Shown: positions 1 to 13,752, counted from the first letter of the stretch. The stretch: DNA of 60,984 nucleotides from Phoronis australis (GCA_002633005.1 NMRA01000303.1:459947-520930), one strand, 5' to 3'. The notes: generated from the letters alone by a model not told the origin. Program-made: numbers and translations.

Positions 1-250
1 CACATACATGTACTACAGTGTAGATCGATACACACATACATGTACTACAGTGTAGATCGATACACACATACATGTACTACAGTGTAGATCGATACACACA
101 TACATGTACTACAGTGTAGATCAATGCACACATACATGTACTACAGTGTAGATCGATACACACATACATGTACTACAGTGTAGATCGATACACACATACA
201 TGTACTACAGTGTAGATCGATGCTCACATACATGTACTACAGTGTAGATC
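1..250. repeat. 32-bp minisatellite (CACATACATGTACTACAGTGTAGATCGATACA)n, ~8 copies, truncated by the window start
   Basis: Directly visible near-perfect tandem units with few substitutions. Confidence 0.97.
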
Positions 251-899
251 AACGGTTGTTATGTTGTTCCTCATGCACATCATAATGTGGTTAGTTCCAA
301 ACATAAAAAAGTAAAGAGACATCAAATTAACTGTTCCAACACTTTACAGAATCACCTGCAAAAGCCACTGAAACTCCAGGAAGAACGGATCGTGAAGGAA
401 ATCTGCCAAACTACAAGGATACATGTAATCAAACTGCAATGACAAGTACTGCGAAAAATAAACATCCACAGGGTGAACATAAGTTAAACTGCAAATAATA
501 GAAGGAATACAGTGGCCAGCAGATTGATTATTTATAGGTCCAGACACTATAGTGTTTCAACCCACTGAACTGACGAACACCACTTTAAGGGACCATGTGT
601 TAAGTTTTCAAGTTTATAACATCAAATCCTTCACATCTATATCAAACTGTTCAGTTTTTCGCATTTACTGAGAGTGTCCAATCCAGAAAAGCAGGTTTGG
701 ACCAGCTGGGATTTGTAAGCTAATGGTCTTTGGCGAATACGTTGTTCCATGATTTGTTCGCCAGGTTATAAATTTTCTTTGTGACGTAATAATTTTTGTG
801 ACTTTCTTGCCATCTATCAAACCCGTCCATAATACAAGAATTTGCTAATGGCACATACAATCTCATCTCAAGGTTTCACAGTTTTTCTCTTCCAAACTT

Positions 900-1070
900 T
901 GCTCACGATATCTTCACCCCCAGTCATCCGTGCCTGCACTGAATGCACACAGTAGACTATGTAAACGTTGGATCAAACTGTGTGGACGGCCACATGAGCA
1001 GCTAAACTTGGCAATGTGGCTGAATTACTGGAAGATTAAACACGAATATATTTGTTCCAATATACGTACT
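900..1070 (+). mobile_element. Degenerate THAP zinc-finger remnant of a DNA transposase (ISL2EU/Harbinger-like)
   Basis: Translation RLCKRWIKLCGRPHEQLNL...IKHEYICSN resembles the THAP core (C-x-RW-x3-CGR ... Y-x-CS-x-HF). No catalytic domain follows. Confidence 0.5.
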
Positions 1071-1234
1071 TTTCAGTTTATTGGCTATAGTGTTGGCCTA
1101 TCTGGTTTTGACTCCAGAGTTTCACTCGTCCGGGCGCCTTTGTCACGGCATCTACTGTATCCCAGCACTAGTCTAGCAGTAGTTCTCGGAAATTGTTGTT
1201 TTAAAGGATATTTTTAGGATTATTTTTAGAAGTG

Positions 1235-4200
1235 TAAACTTTATTAAGCTTGAAGGCGTCTGGCCGATAGTACAATAATATCAAAATAAAATAAAAGTAT
1301 AAAGACGCTTGTATAACTGAAATATATATAGTTCATCATCTATATTCATAGTATATTTTTCTGGTTCAACAGGGGTGCTGAAGTTATTTAGACAAGTTAA
1401 ACATTTTTGAGACGTCTTACATTAGTTTAATGAATGCAGAATGTGAACATTTTTTTGAATCCAGGAATGAACTTATCTCACAAACCATTATCTACAGTAC
1501 AATAGTTATAAAGTGAAACCCGTCCTCAGTTACAGAAATTCCATTTTTTTGGCAAATCACATAGTTTTTCCATTACCTATCATGTTTACCCCATCGTGTT
1601 TCAATTTCTAGACAATTATTGGGAATTTAATCTTAGTTATGAATTTTCTGAGATTTTTATTTTCTATCACGTCTAAGTATTGCGCAATACAGAAATATTG
1701 AAAAACGTCAGCATGCAAAATTAATTTACCATTACAATCGACTTTTCTTGGAATGCACAATCCTTTAACCTTTGTTGAAATTCAGACAGAAATGTCGCTT
1801 TGTCACCTACCCCTTACAGAGCCCAGACATAGCTACATCCATATTTACACAACAAATGTCTTATACGAGTCGCCCAATTTGTTCTTCCATGTTTGTCGTA
1901 TATTCTCAACAGTTCGTACGATTCTTTTGGAAGCCTATCACTGGGCATTTCTAAAATTTTTTAACCAATACTTGATAAATCTTATAAAGTAATTAACATA
2001 CACTGGGAATCTTCCCAGTTCTCCAAGCACTGGACAGTTGAAAGTTTTATTTCTGACTCTTAATATATGTTTACAAAAAGTTACCTGCGCATTCTCAATG
2101 GCTTTGTTGGGTTTATAGCCCCACACTTCTCAGCCGTAGCATCGTGTGGGTGCTATTGTTTTATCAAATATTTGCAAGGCAGTTTCGCAATTTAAGCCAC
2201 TGATGGTTCTATCAAATCTTATCAAAGAAAACATAGCCTTCCTAGCTTGTCCAGCATGTTAGGGAGGAGAAAGTACATCCTTAGTACTTAAAAAACGACA
2301 CTGTGTTCATTGGTTGTAAATTATATGACCACTTCTCAATATCTTTCAAAAGACCACCATTTGGAAAACCATAATCTTTATTTTATCAACATTGACCTCT
2401 ATCCCAAATTGTTTAGATAAAAGTTCTATAATCATTATTTGTTTTTGCAACTGTCTTGATGTGTACGCAATATTTGCCATGTCATCAGAATACAGTAAAC
2501 ATAATACATTAGGAGAGTCACTGTCAATAGAAATACCCTGACAATTGGATTCTTTCAGGCGTTTGATTAAATTTAAAAATACTGAGAACAAGAAAGGACT
2601 TAGTACACACCCTTGACTCACTCCTGTTGTGCATTTAAAGAACTTGTTCTTTGAGCATTATCCACTCGTACACACGATTCTAACTTTTCATACATTGATT
2701 GGATACGTTTCTATATGTTGCCATGGAAGTCAGCATTGATAAGTTTATGGAATAAGAATCTGAATCGTACACTATCAGACGTCTTTTTGTAATCAACGAA
2801 CATAGAGTACCAACTACCCTTTTTCTTACTTAAATATTTCTGCGCCAATGCATTCAGGGTAAATATCTGGTCAATCGTGCTGTATGATTCTCTAAATCCA
2901 GCTCGCTCTTCATACAAAGTTTCTGTATCGGTCGCCCACTCAACCAGTCGGTTATTAAATATATTTAGAAACGATTTGTTTATTATGTTTAGCAAAGATA
3001 TGCCTCGATAGTTGTTTAAATCATCGTGACTTCCTTTTTTGTGTATCGGGACAATAAGCGCTTTACACCAATCCCTTGGCAAACACTTTGTAAATAAAAT
3101 GGCATTAAACTACTTAGTCAGTTATGGGACTATAGATAGTTGAGAGAGCTTAATGAGTTCACCAGGAATTCCATCTACGACAGTGGCCTTTTTATTCTTA
3201 ATACATTTAAATGCATTGTTTATTCAGAACCACGTTATTATCAAAACATTTGTTGCAGTGTCCGCCATGCAATTCGTTATTGAGGTCAACTTGAGAGGCA
3301 AATTCTTCGTCCAATAATGAACAACTAGAATTTAATAGGATATCAAGGTATGTCTTCCACTGATGTGCAGTGATATCATTTTTAGTTACATGCTTCTCTT
3401 TTATTCTGTTTTTTAATAATTTTCCAGCATTTATTTGGGTCTTTAGCCGTTTGTTTAATTTGATCACGCATCGATATTCTATACAGCTCTTGTTTATTTT
3501 TAACAGTATTTTGAAATTACTCTTTAATCTTCTATATTCATTTATAGTACACTACATCTACCTTTTCGCGATTTATTTAATGAGCTCTTTTTCTCTCTTG
3601 ACTTTCCTCGTCCCACCACTGTGGCTTGTTCTCGCTCCTTTATTGGTAACAATTGTTCTTGCCTTGGTAATTCCCTTTGACTCACCTTCTGTTTTGTAAA
3701 ACGATTCTTAAGTTCCAACCATATGGTCTATGTTATTGTTTTCTATACTTCCATTAAGGTGAGACAGAATTGTTTTGGCATATTCACCGTTCAATTGACT
3801 AAGACATTTATCTGCCAGTGAACTATTCCATCGAATTCGTTGGCAAGTAAAGACACCATCCTGTTCGGCACCACAATTAATTGGTGTGGCCAGGTTTAAC
3901 GTACATGATAGTGGGTAGTGATCAAAGACCTCATGGGTAGTCACTGTAAAGTCAGTCACCTAGTTATATAACTCGCTTTTCATCTTTTATATAAAATGCA
4001 TCGTTTGCACAAACTCCGTCTTCCACGCTCCACTACAGACCTTCGTTGCGCCCGTTGCGGCATCGTCTTGGTCCCAGGTATTGCACCGCCCCCCTATTTG
4101 GATTCAGGGTGTTCTATTTTTTCTGGCGGGCCGTTTATTCGCGGACGCGGAGGGAGGGTGGCCGGTTTCGTACTGGCCTTGGTGACGTCAATTGGTCGGC

Positions 4201-6420
4201 TCAATGGCTTGGTGACGTCACTCCATCGGCTAAATTTCACTCCTTCCGGCTTCTGTGGCGTGTATAATTCATCGGGCCTATCGCCGCCAAAATCAATGAT
4301 GCCTCACTGTAAAATTCTTACTCTTCCTTGAGTAAACTAAATTATTAACCTTGGTGTTGGAAAATTGGCGTTCTTTAGTTATTTTGCTGCTAAAATTGTG
4401 ATGCGCTCTTTCGGCGCTATTGCGTCTACCCAGTTGGCCAATTTCCACGTTATTCAATCAAATGTGAGGTTGCGTACATGTCATAACAACCGTTAGTTTT
4501 TACTTTATTATTATCAAAAAGCCTAATTTCAGAAAAAAAAACTCTCGAGAGATATCGCGAAATTTTCGGAAATGGTGAGTATGTGCTCGTTTTCAAAACG
4601 GCCACAGATTTTCCATTGCTACAAAAGGCGGAGATTTACAAAAAATAGCGTTTATTAGATTGTCTTTTTACTTCAATAAACGGCTGTAACTGGCAAGATG
4701 ACAGTGGGTTCATTCTCAGATTCTGCAAGCACCTCTGTAGATTGTTAGCTCTAAGTTTCACGACGAGGTGACAAGCTGAGCACCGGGGTTGTGTGAAATT
4801 TTGGTGTCTAACGGAGCTCTACGCACAGCTACCTAGCTGTATGTTGACAATAATCTTCATAAGATAGCTGGCTTTCTACCTCAGTATGTTCATTTTTGAT
4901 GCAACTTTTGTAAACGCATCTGTATACTTTGTGTACTATATGATATTTCACTCGTTAAATATATTTATGTGAGAATATGGACTCCTCCCTCTTATACCCC
5001 CATCTTTCGGACTGTCCAATAACCCCTTGTGTGGATTCGCATGCGGTCCTCCTGCACTCAAGGCACTAGGACATTGCATTTCCAGCCTCACTATTGGTTC
5101 GTTTGCACTACTGCCACGAGTTTGGTCAGCTCCTGGCTCCCATAGGCTGATGATTGTCACGTGTCATAGGGCTCCTTTGTTCTCAAGAAAGTCATATTTC
5201 CTGCCATCAGTACTTCGCTTTGCAGCACTTAGGTTCGAGCTAATCTCTATTCATTTTTCCCACCCTCTACAACCCTCTACTTTGGGTAGTTCCTCTTACC
5301 TGAGTGCTGGCGCTTTTTATTGCCCATCTTTCCAGAGATTATTATTTTATCTTTATGTTATTTGTACACTCATATTTCTGTACCTTATCAGTCATAATAA
5401 ATGACCTTATATCGCCTATACACGGTCTCCTTTGTATCTCTGGAAACGGACCTGGCGACGCACCTATTATTTTCAGGACATATTCCGAGCATAAACAGTA
5501 TTTTAAATGCATTCTTAGTTTTCACTTTAAAAGAATATCTGATTATTGTGTTACGGCAGGGTCAAATGTTCTGGAAAGAAATTTGTACTGCCTGGGAAAA
5601 GAATCCCGCAGCTGCACACCTTGCCTACTAAAATCTGACAGTGACTGTTCTGCTTGAAGCTTTGAACACGGTCTTTTCAAGAAGTATTCCTGTCTCTTGT
5701 GACGAACACTAATGTTCACTCTTAGGAATACATGTATCTGTTTCCCTCGGCGTTTCCCACCGTAGCTAATAATAACATAATCAACAACTGCACTACCTTG
5801 AGAAGTGACCATACCAGGGTTGCCATTCTCATATCTACCATTCAGTATGTGAATACCAAACGTTTTGCATAACTGCTATAAGCTTCTCCAAAGTTATTAG
5901 CATTACCATCAAGCGAATACCTAGGAGTATCAAACAAGTCAAAATCATACAAATCATGATCACTACATGCCATGTTATCATCAAATATATAATCTGGGGA
6001 TGAACCAGTCCTCGCTTTAAAATCCCCAGTCTGTATTATGTGCACCTCTTCATTGTTGTAAACAGTAGGTGATTCTAGAGCAACATAAGTCAAATTATAA
6101 TGTACGTCTTTGTCCAGATTGAACGCTTGACCATCACAAACAATTCCTATCATGTCAGGAAACACAGAAAATGTGTTGACTGACCACCACACCTCCTGAA
6201 TATTTACCATAATATGCGCTTTAGCTCTGGAATTTTCAAATCCTACAAAACCGGCAAATGCATGTTTAAACTGACTTTTTTCTTTTGCCCAGGTTTCTGT
6301 GATTTCTATTACATCCCTTTCCATAAGCTCGTCCATCAGATCGGGGATACATGTATGCGGACTATTCTGTTCCAACTTGGATTCAAGACCGTGTGAGTTC
6401 CATGTTGATATTCTAAGGCC
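1235..6420 (-). mobile_element. Degenerate near-full-length ORF2 of a non-LTR retrotransposon (RTE-X-like), interrupted by a ~1.8-kb insertion
   Basis: Minus-strand motifs in order. APE endonuclease: LRISTWN, ITETW, GDFKARTG, SAVVDYVII, FDHYPL. RT: WCKALIVPIHKKG..NNYRGISLL, AGFRESYSTIDQIF, FVDY, QGCVLSPFLF, LLYSDD. C-terminal: FCKHILRV..VLGELGRFP, LEIET..EDGFHFI. An AATAAA-containing 3' tail lies near 1240. Many stops and frameshifts. Confidence 0.9.
3976..5760. other. ~1.8-kb insertion of unknown type inside the LINE endonuclease region
   Basis: Removing it restores the LINE reading ...DYVIISY-ELYN*VTDFTVTTHEVFDHYPL. CG dinucleotide at both junctions (3974-3975 and 5761-5762). Confidence 0.75.
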
Positions 6421-7231
6421 TCGATTAAATTATGACCGAATCTACTAAGTATGGTGCTATGTACAATGCAACCAAGGAAACCCCTCTAAAGAATGGACAA
6501 AATGTAAACACGTAGTGAATTGGCTTTTTCAACTGAAGGTCCCTTTGCGAGCTACACGAGTAGGCTCATAGAAGTGATTGATTTTTGAGTGATAAATCCT
6601 ACATGACCTATTTTAGTTCATGGTCCAGCTGGCAGGTGCCGGCGGCTGGATGCGAATTATTTGACAGGTTAAGTCCAATATCTACATGTGGGTGAAACTG
6701 AAGTATACGAAAACGTCCTTCAGTAATTTATTACCAGATCATAGATGATAAGATGTCTGATTGAAATCTTTATTGGATTTCCTTTCACTCCCCGTAAATT
6801 AATCAACAAAGGATTTATATATGCGTAATTTATTTGGCCATCGTTCCAGATATCTCAATAAAATGAGTAGAGAGAATAACATTGCAATAGCCACTGCCAT
6901 TTTCAAAACGAAGAATACTGAAATGGTTGCTCTAATACAGGGTGTCAATAAATTGAGAAATTCTGCATAAGTGAAGCTAAAATGTGGAACAACAGTCCTA
7001 CATGTACAGTGTCATACTGTTAAAAATAACCCGGATGTTTAGACCAGGAGCATGTTCAGTGATGTCAAAGGCTTCTTTGATCCTGAGCTCTTGACAATTT
7101 TTTCGCTGATTTCAGAACTCTTAAACACCCAGATGTACAGCAGTTTCCACAGTGTCTTGAAGCCTGCAAGTGTTTAAAGATATTTGAGTTTGCATCCCTG
7201 ACAAGGAGTTCCTTGATTCTATAGTTGTTAA

Positions 7232-8879
7232 AGGAGCATGCCACCCGAAAAACAACCTAATTTGTATCAATTTAGATCGAGTAGTTCTACTCCATAACGA
7301 CACGTACGGTTGCGTTACCTGACACCTAACGGCAGACGGAGGTGTCGAAATTATCCAATGACGTCATCGGTTTCACAAGCAGTCTGTTAAGCAGTTCACA
7401 ACACGGGTTACTGTTGTCAGCTTATCGCTTGAAGTCATCGTTTAACACTAATAAATCATCAAACTTCGATGCAAAACCCTTAAAAATACACAGAGTTGTT
7501 ATATAAACGTGTTGATTTATTTCGTTCTTACGGATTTATTGGTATTTAGACACACCGTAGCCTACAACGTTCGGCAGGCCAATAAGGTCCGTAGGAATTT
7601 GGGGTCTGTTCGGAGATAATTTCGAAGTATTTTCCGTGAGATACAGATCTGTGTTGTTTAGACTTGTGATTTTTTTAGTTCTAAACACAAAACGCTTGTT
7701 AGCCTGGTCAATGGCTCGTAGCACGATCAGTCCCGTCGCGGCCGGCCGGATTGACTTGTTATCCCCGCCAGTGGCTCGGAAACTGATCAGACATCACGAA
7801 CATAAACCAGCCAAAGTTCATTGGAAACTAAACTTCCAGTCAAAATAATACTATACTAGTAAGCCAAAGTAATGTGCACCTGATTATATTGGTGAATTAG
7901 ACACGAAACTGCGAATCTACTTACTCGTCGGGGGCCGCGAATTCAGGTTCCGCTTTGGCCACAGCACCGTCATGGCAGAAGTTGTACATTGACAATCATT
8001 ACTTGAGTAATGTAACTGTAAATAAAGATTCCCCTAACACCTGGCCGTGGGATGGAAATCGAGTTGTTTCGCAACTGTTTCTGCCAGCAAACAGTAAATT
8101 AGCATGAGCTCACACGGCCTAGGAGTGTCCCGTCAATTAGTTTTATTGCACCTAAAGCCGGTAACGCAGTGAATTATTCATTGTTGACTTCTCAAATCAT
8201 TTGCACTCACGAACACTTCAAAGGCATTACAAAATGCATCTAACGAGACAGACTTTGTTTCAGTTTTATATAAGTATTGGTTAGGGTGAGAATAATTCAT
8301 TTTGAAACAGAACACTCAGTAATAAACGCCAACATGGCAACTCGCAATCCCGACTTAGGACGAGCTAGAGCTCATCAGTCCCGACTTCGCAGGTGGATCG
8401 TTAAGTTTTACAGGCTATAAATTTGAACAGGAATACAGTGATGAAGGAATACTAGAGAAGCGCAGTGAACAAGCTCAGACAACGGAACGTAAGGAGTTAT
8501 TTGGTAAGCCGGCATTCGTCAGGCACTGTCGACGTCTGCTGGCCACAGACACGGCCTCATACTTTCTATTTACAACGTACATTTCATTCTTCACTACCGT
8601 GAGCCACTTTCTAAGTATTTTGGACTCTCGAGGAAGTAAAAAAAACGCTATACCGCTTTCCTCGCAGCTGCTTAGTTCGGACAAGCGGGAACGATGCACC
8701 GCAACATAGCGGCATTCACTCTGCATATGAAACACTGACGTCGCTAGCGTCGTTTCTCACCTTCCTCATAGGTTAACGCGACACCTCTTGGCGAGGTAAG
8801 GTCGACCGTATGCGAGGCGATGTGGATATAGACCGATTAAGACGGCAAAAACACTAATTAAATCGGGCGGCATTCTCCT
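7232..8879. mobile_element. Non-autonomous Kolobok-like DNA transposon (internal deletion derivative)
   Basis: TTAA at 7228-7231 and 8880-8883. 17-bp TIRs AGGAGCATGCCACCCGA / AGGAGAATGCCGCCCGA (2 mismatches). Minus-strand THAP-like remnant (SGIAFFLLPRESKILRKWL, 8475-8735) converges on a plus-strand KolX/P2X7-ballast-like N-terminus (GYKFEQEYSDE, ~8334-8490). Confidence 0.75.
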
Positions 8880-8949
8880 TTAAGTGGAGAGTAATCTGGC
8901 CAATATTACCTGTGCTACACCCTGCTTACTTAAATATGTACTTGGCCAT

Positions 8950-9682
8950 GGACTTCAAAAAGTCTTGAATTTTGGCCAACATTTCTGCTTTAAACGATGA
9001 AAATGCCACCATATTAATTCAGGACATTGTTGGAGATATTTGTATACATGCATGCTAACTTATCGGATTTGTTCAAGTGTTTCTCAACGAAAGTATGGTG
9101 ATGATGTTTAGTTTTTATGACATTAACAGAACAAATTGTACGATTGTGAAGTATGACAGTCGCTTTCACGTTATAAAGGAATATAATATTGTGATGTCTC
9201 ATATTCTTGTTTCCCATGCCCTGTGAAACAGAAGTCTTAGGCGGAGCCGGGGAAGTCAATAAAGAGTCCATCTTGTGTTCATACATGTAGCTCGGCGGCA
9301 CCGTGTTTTGTGAATTGTAAGATGTTTAAAATCAACAGAGCAGATCCTGGTACTTTTTTTTCTTATTGAAACGATCATTTACACCGTTCGTAGTAACGGC
9401 ATTGCGTTTAGTTTATTTCAGAATTATTACTTTGTCATTCTCTACTTTCACGCTTTAGCGGCGCTGCAATCGCCCGGCTCGAAAACGAGGTTACACGACG
9501 CATCAGAATGGAAGCTCCCAGTGCTTGGTCAAAATTGATTGACGGTTTACCAATTATCAGTCTTTCCAGTGTGGACGCTATTTCCCAAAAATATACAAAA
9601 ACGCCGAAAAATTCAACTCAGAAAGGCTACAAGTTCTTTTGGGATCATTATATTCACAACGTAGAAGGTAAGTTTTAGTTTT
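8950..9682. mobile_element. ISL2EU-like transposon remnant: divergent THAP-type fragment (-) and first exon of a SWIM/YqaJ-type accessory ORF (+)
   Basis: Plus strand 9508-9667 MEAPSAWSKLIDGLPIIS...QKGYKFFWDHYIHNVE followed by GTAAGT. The minus strand has decayed THAP-like pieces (LFIDFP, AWETRI). Ends at an N (9683). Family assignment is from motif recall. Confidence 0.45.
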
Positions 9683-10222
9683 NCAGGACAAGGAAGACTT
9701 TTGGACAAGATCTTAAAACTCGCGAACTATAGGATTGGTGGTACACAGAATCACGTAATTTTGTTGGAGGCACTTTGCTATTGAACAATTTCATCGATGG
9801 CAAAGGTTATTCCTTCTGAGAAAAGCTGTAACAAAATTCTACAATTCTGCAAACATAGCAAAAACAATAATACTCGTTTGTACCCCTTGTTTGTTATTCA
9901 ACCAACTTCTGAATCATTGTTTACAACTTTAATAAATATAAAGCGTCTCCGCCTCAGTTTTTCTTTCATATTTTTGTTTATTTCCCTAGTATAAATCAAT
10001 ACAATAGGTAAAACGACTCAGTTTAATGAGATCAATGCTTTTATCGCCTTTTCAGAGGTTACTTAGACGAAACAACTTACAGTATGTCTTCAAATTGTTT
10101 CTAACTGTCTATTAAAGGCTTCGTGTATGTACATGTAACATGTAGTCTACATGCTCGTAGAATACAAAACAGATGCAGAGACATTCAACACGTAGACTGA
10201 TTTATTGTGTCGATTTTTCAAG

Positions 10223-10422
10223 AACCTGAGGGAGCAAGAATAAAGATTACGCAGCCTGGCACTGACTCGGGGACGCCTGAAGCACTTACTAGCAACTCCA
10301 AGATGTTTCCATTCGGGCCAGCCGCAGGAGACACTCTCATGGGAACGACGGACGACGGCTGTGTAAAGTTTTCTTATGGGACAAGCATTTCATACTTCGG
10401 TTCATACTATAGGTCTTTGTGG
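10223..10422 (+). CDS. NIDO + CBM14-like gene 1, internal exon (start of NIDO region)
   Basis: TTTTTCAAG acceptor (phase 1), GTAAGT donor (phase 0). Encodes MFPFGPAAGDTLMGTTDDG...ISYFGSYYRSLW, typical of the N-terminus of NIDO proteins. Confidence 0.9.
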
Positions 10423-13400
10423 GTAAGTTAACGATTTGATGCCAAAACAAAGGTGGTTTCGGTAAAGCATGAAAAAATAGTCCACGTAATAACCATTGGG
10501 AGAGACCATAGCAGCAGAGTTGGCGGGAGAGTGAACCAGAGTTTGTCGAACTTCATTTTTTCTGTTGAATCGGCACCTTTCTCCGGCCTTAAGGGGTGTT
10601 AAGATAGTGATATTGGGTGAGCATCTTTATTATAAGAAGACGGAAAGTAATCCAGAATTGGCCTTTGTGTTATCTTTTTTATATTTACCTCACAGTGCCT
10701 ACTCTATTGAGGCTAAATAGCAAAACACGAGTGTGATGAACTCTTTATTTTTAGAGGTGTATTGAAAATTTCTGGGTGAAAGTGGTGGTACAGGGCACTA
10801 CGAAACAGCAATAAGCTATTGGTACCATGTGGGTATTGCGGAACAAATGTATCTGGGTTAGCATGTAGGAATGAATGAACAAGGTGGCTATCGCCACATG
10901 GACAGGGTTGTTCGTGGACGAGCGGCCCTGTCCACCGCCAATTACGACCCTTCACACACTGTTCAGGTGAAACAACTTGAAAATTGAAGGGGCAGTCTAT
11001 GTAAAAGCAGTGGATTTTCAAAAATCAGTCTGTACGTCAAAATTCAAAGCAACTTCATGTTTTTTGTATATGATAGGTATCCTAACAAAATTCTGAATGC
11101 CACATTTTGTGCATCCAATGACCCCAATTGATCATATTAGCTGTCTCCATATTTGTATGTTTTCAGCAACGAAAATAAATAACTTACAAAATAGATTGAA
11201 AGTTTTACTTTGATGGCTGGTCTAACCAATGAATTCTGTAAATAATCGGTAGGCATTTACTCAAATTCACAGCTTTGTGCTAGACAGGGGAGATAATCCA
11301 CATAGCCCTTTTCCTAAATAATTTTATTGGCTGTTTTTGTGACCGTCTTACTGCCATATTGCACGTTGTACATGTACCTTTATTTAACTATTTAAACATA
11401 AAGCTAAAGAACAAATCTTGATGACTATATTGCCTCAACTTTACATTTAGTGAAAATGTCCTACAAATGATGAGCATAGTGTACAGACAAATTGAACGAA
11501 TTTTTTTAACAAGAAATATGCTTTAAATTGTTTTGAAAGTCAAATGTAAGGTCTTTCAAATGAAAGCAATTTGTTTTCTGGTTGTATTACCCAATCACTA
11601 TCAAAACTGAATCCGATAACCTTTGTATGGTGCGCCAATTGACATTAAGTTTAAGGACGTATAAAAAACTTGTACATGTAACCCACTTGTTATCTTCCAT
11701 TATCATTTATTTGACAATTGCAGGTCAATAAAAAGAAACAAATCCATTTGTAGTTTAAATTAATAAGAATTATTATTTGTAAAGACTGGGTTTGAGGCTA
11801 TCATGTTCTTAAAGAAAAAATGAAGAACGAATACCATTTCTATTCTTTAGAGAGTTTTTATCAAACAAGTGCGATGCTTTGGCATTAGTCAGTCATGGTG
11901 AAGACACTTCAAAACTTCCCAGACGCTGTACGGTGCTGTATGAATAAAAGCTAGTGACAGAGTATGAGTTCCTACTAGCCAGGATAGGCAAATTTGTGAC
12001 TGAGCAGGACCAGTCGTACGTGGAATCAAATCACTGCCATGTTCACCCAAGAGAATTTGGTTCCAGTTTTCTCCCAAGCAGAAAGTGTTTGTACTCTGAA
12101 CATCCAAGACGTTCCAGAACAAAATCTGAACGGGGTATTGACTTAAGCATTTCTCAGTGGATTGTGGTTCAATTTGGAAAGGCTCAGATTAGGTACCACC
12201 CGGAACTGAGCTTAGACGTCAAGAGCCACAAGATCAAGTGTCACAGTTGGAGTTTAATGACCCAATTTTACTTTCCTACTTTCCGCCACATATGTGTTTT
12301 ATCGTAGTTAATTGTGGTTTGTAATTGAGGTGAAATGACAATAGTGCAGCCCCCGTCGACACCTCACTAAGTGGAGCCCCCCATCCCTGGTTGGTATGTG
12401 GGTTACACACAAGTGAAAAGATGCCTGGTGCTCCCTTTGGACGACACCTGTTTAGCACACACCCCCGCCCCCCTTCAGCAAGCGCCTGGTATGTTTGCTA
12501 TGAAGTCCAGACCGTTGTGTTGAACAGTGTTCACCTAATGTCTGTCATTAACTGAGTCATTAATAACATTGCCTTGCATGAATTGTTTTTTCTCTTGACC
12601 TTGAATGTATGCCTTTTCATTCAATTAATGATCGCACTGTCAGAAATATTCACGGTTGGGGTGGCCTGCCACCGGTGTGGATTTGTCGTAACCTAGGGGA
12701 CATTACAATATGAACGCAAAATTAAAATGAGTTTTGAGTGACTTGAAGATTATTTTTGCACTCACTGAACAAAGAGAAATAACGCCCTTAGGTAACCCCC
12801 TTTCTATACCAGTGGATCTCACAAAGAAGATAAAAATACACGAGCAAGGCAGATTCGGTTGGAAGTCACGTCCAGTCTCCATGTAAACAAACAGCGACGT
12901 CATCTATCATTTAAACGAAGCAGGCATGCCAGTCACAATTGATGTACATATTTTTTTAATAACCAATAATCATCAGTGTGGTTTTGAGAGAATGGTAATT
13001 AGTAGTGCTGTCTCCTTTTTCTCTAAAAAACAAGGTTTTTACGTCGTTTTTGCTAGCTAATTACATGTTTCAAGAGGCCACCTATTGGTGGTAGAGGCAT
13101 CTCAGAAAAGGCAAATCGGAAAAAGTGCAGTTCGTGTGATGCTTCGTAACCAAAAACTACGCGCGAGGAAAAATTTTTTTATTTTAGGTTATGAAAGGTT
13201 AGGAATGACTAAAATTATTGTAAAGTCATTTTAGAAAAGGTGCAATATGACTGCTACAAAGAGCCAAATTTGGCCAGAAATGTCTTCAGTGACAACCTGT
13301 TAAATAGCTATTTTTACCACGCGAAATCAAAAACATACACAATTGAAAATAAATTTTGAAAGTTATGCCATTAAATTATTCGATCACAGTCCTTTAATAC

Positions 13401-13752
13401 CGTATCACTCATTTGTCATTAACTAGCTTTAAACGCTAGTGAAATGATAGAAAAATTCAAATATACTTTGGCGCCCAGTTTTGATGCAAAATAAAGATAC
13501 ATGTAATAAAAAGAGGAGTAACGGATGAAAATCCTTAAAAAGAGAAATTTTTGTACCTCTCACCAAACAACGCTTGTGTATTAAGTCTCAAAAATGTGTG
13601 ATTTTGGGTATATATTCTAAATGTTGGTTTTTACATGGAGTCACATTTATTTACTTAGAATAAACATCGACACCGTACAGGCACATGTCATTAAATGTAG
13701 TTATATATTTTTCCTTTACGAGGCGCATTGAGTTAAAACACATTTTTTCTGA

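Noticed and set aside
1-250. Regular repeats resembling a CRISPR array
   Set aside because: Units are contiguous with no unique spacers, there are no cas genes, and the context is eukaryotic.
3370-3699. Hydrophobic 109-aa ORF
   Set aside because: Antisense shadow of the Lys-rich LINE ORF2 linker.
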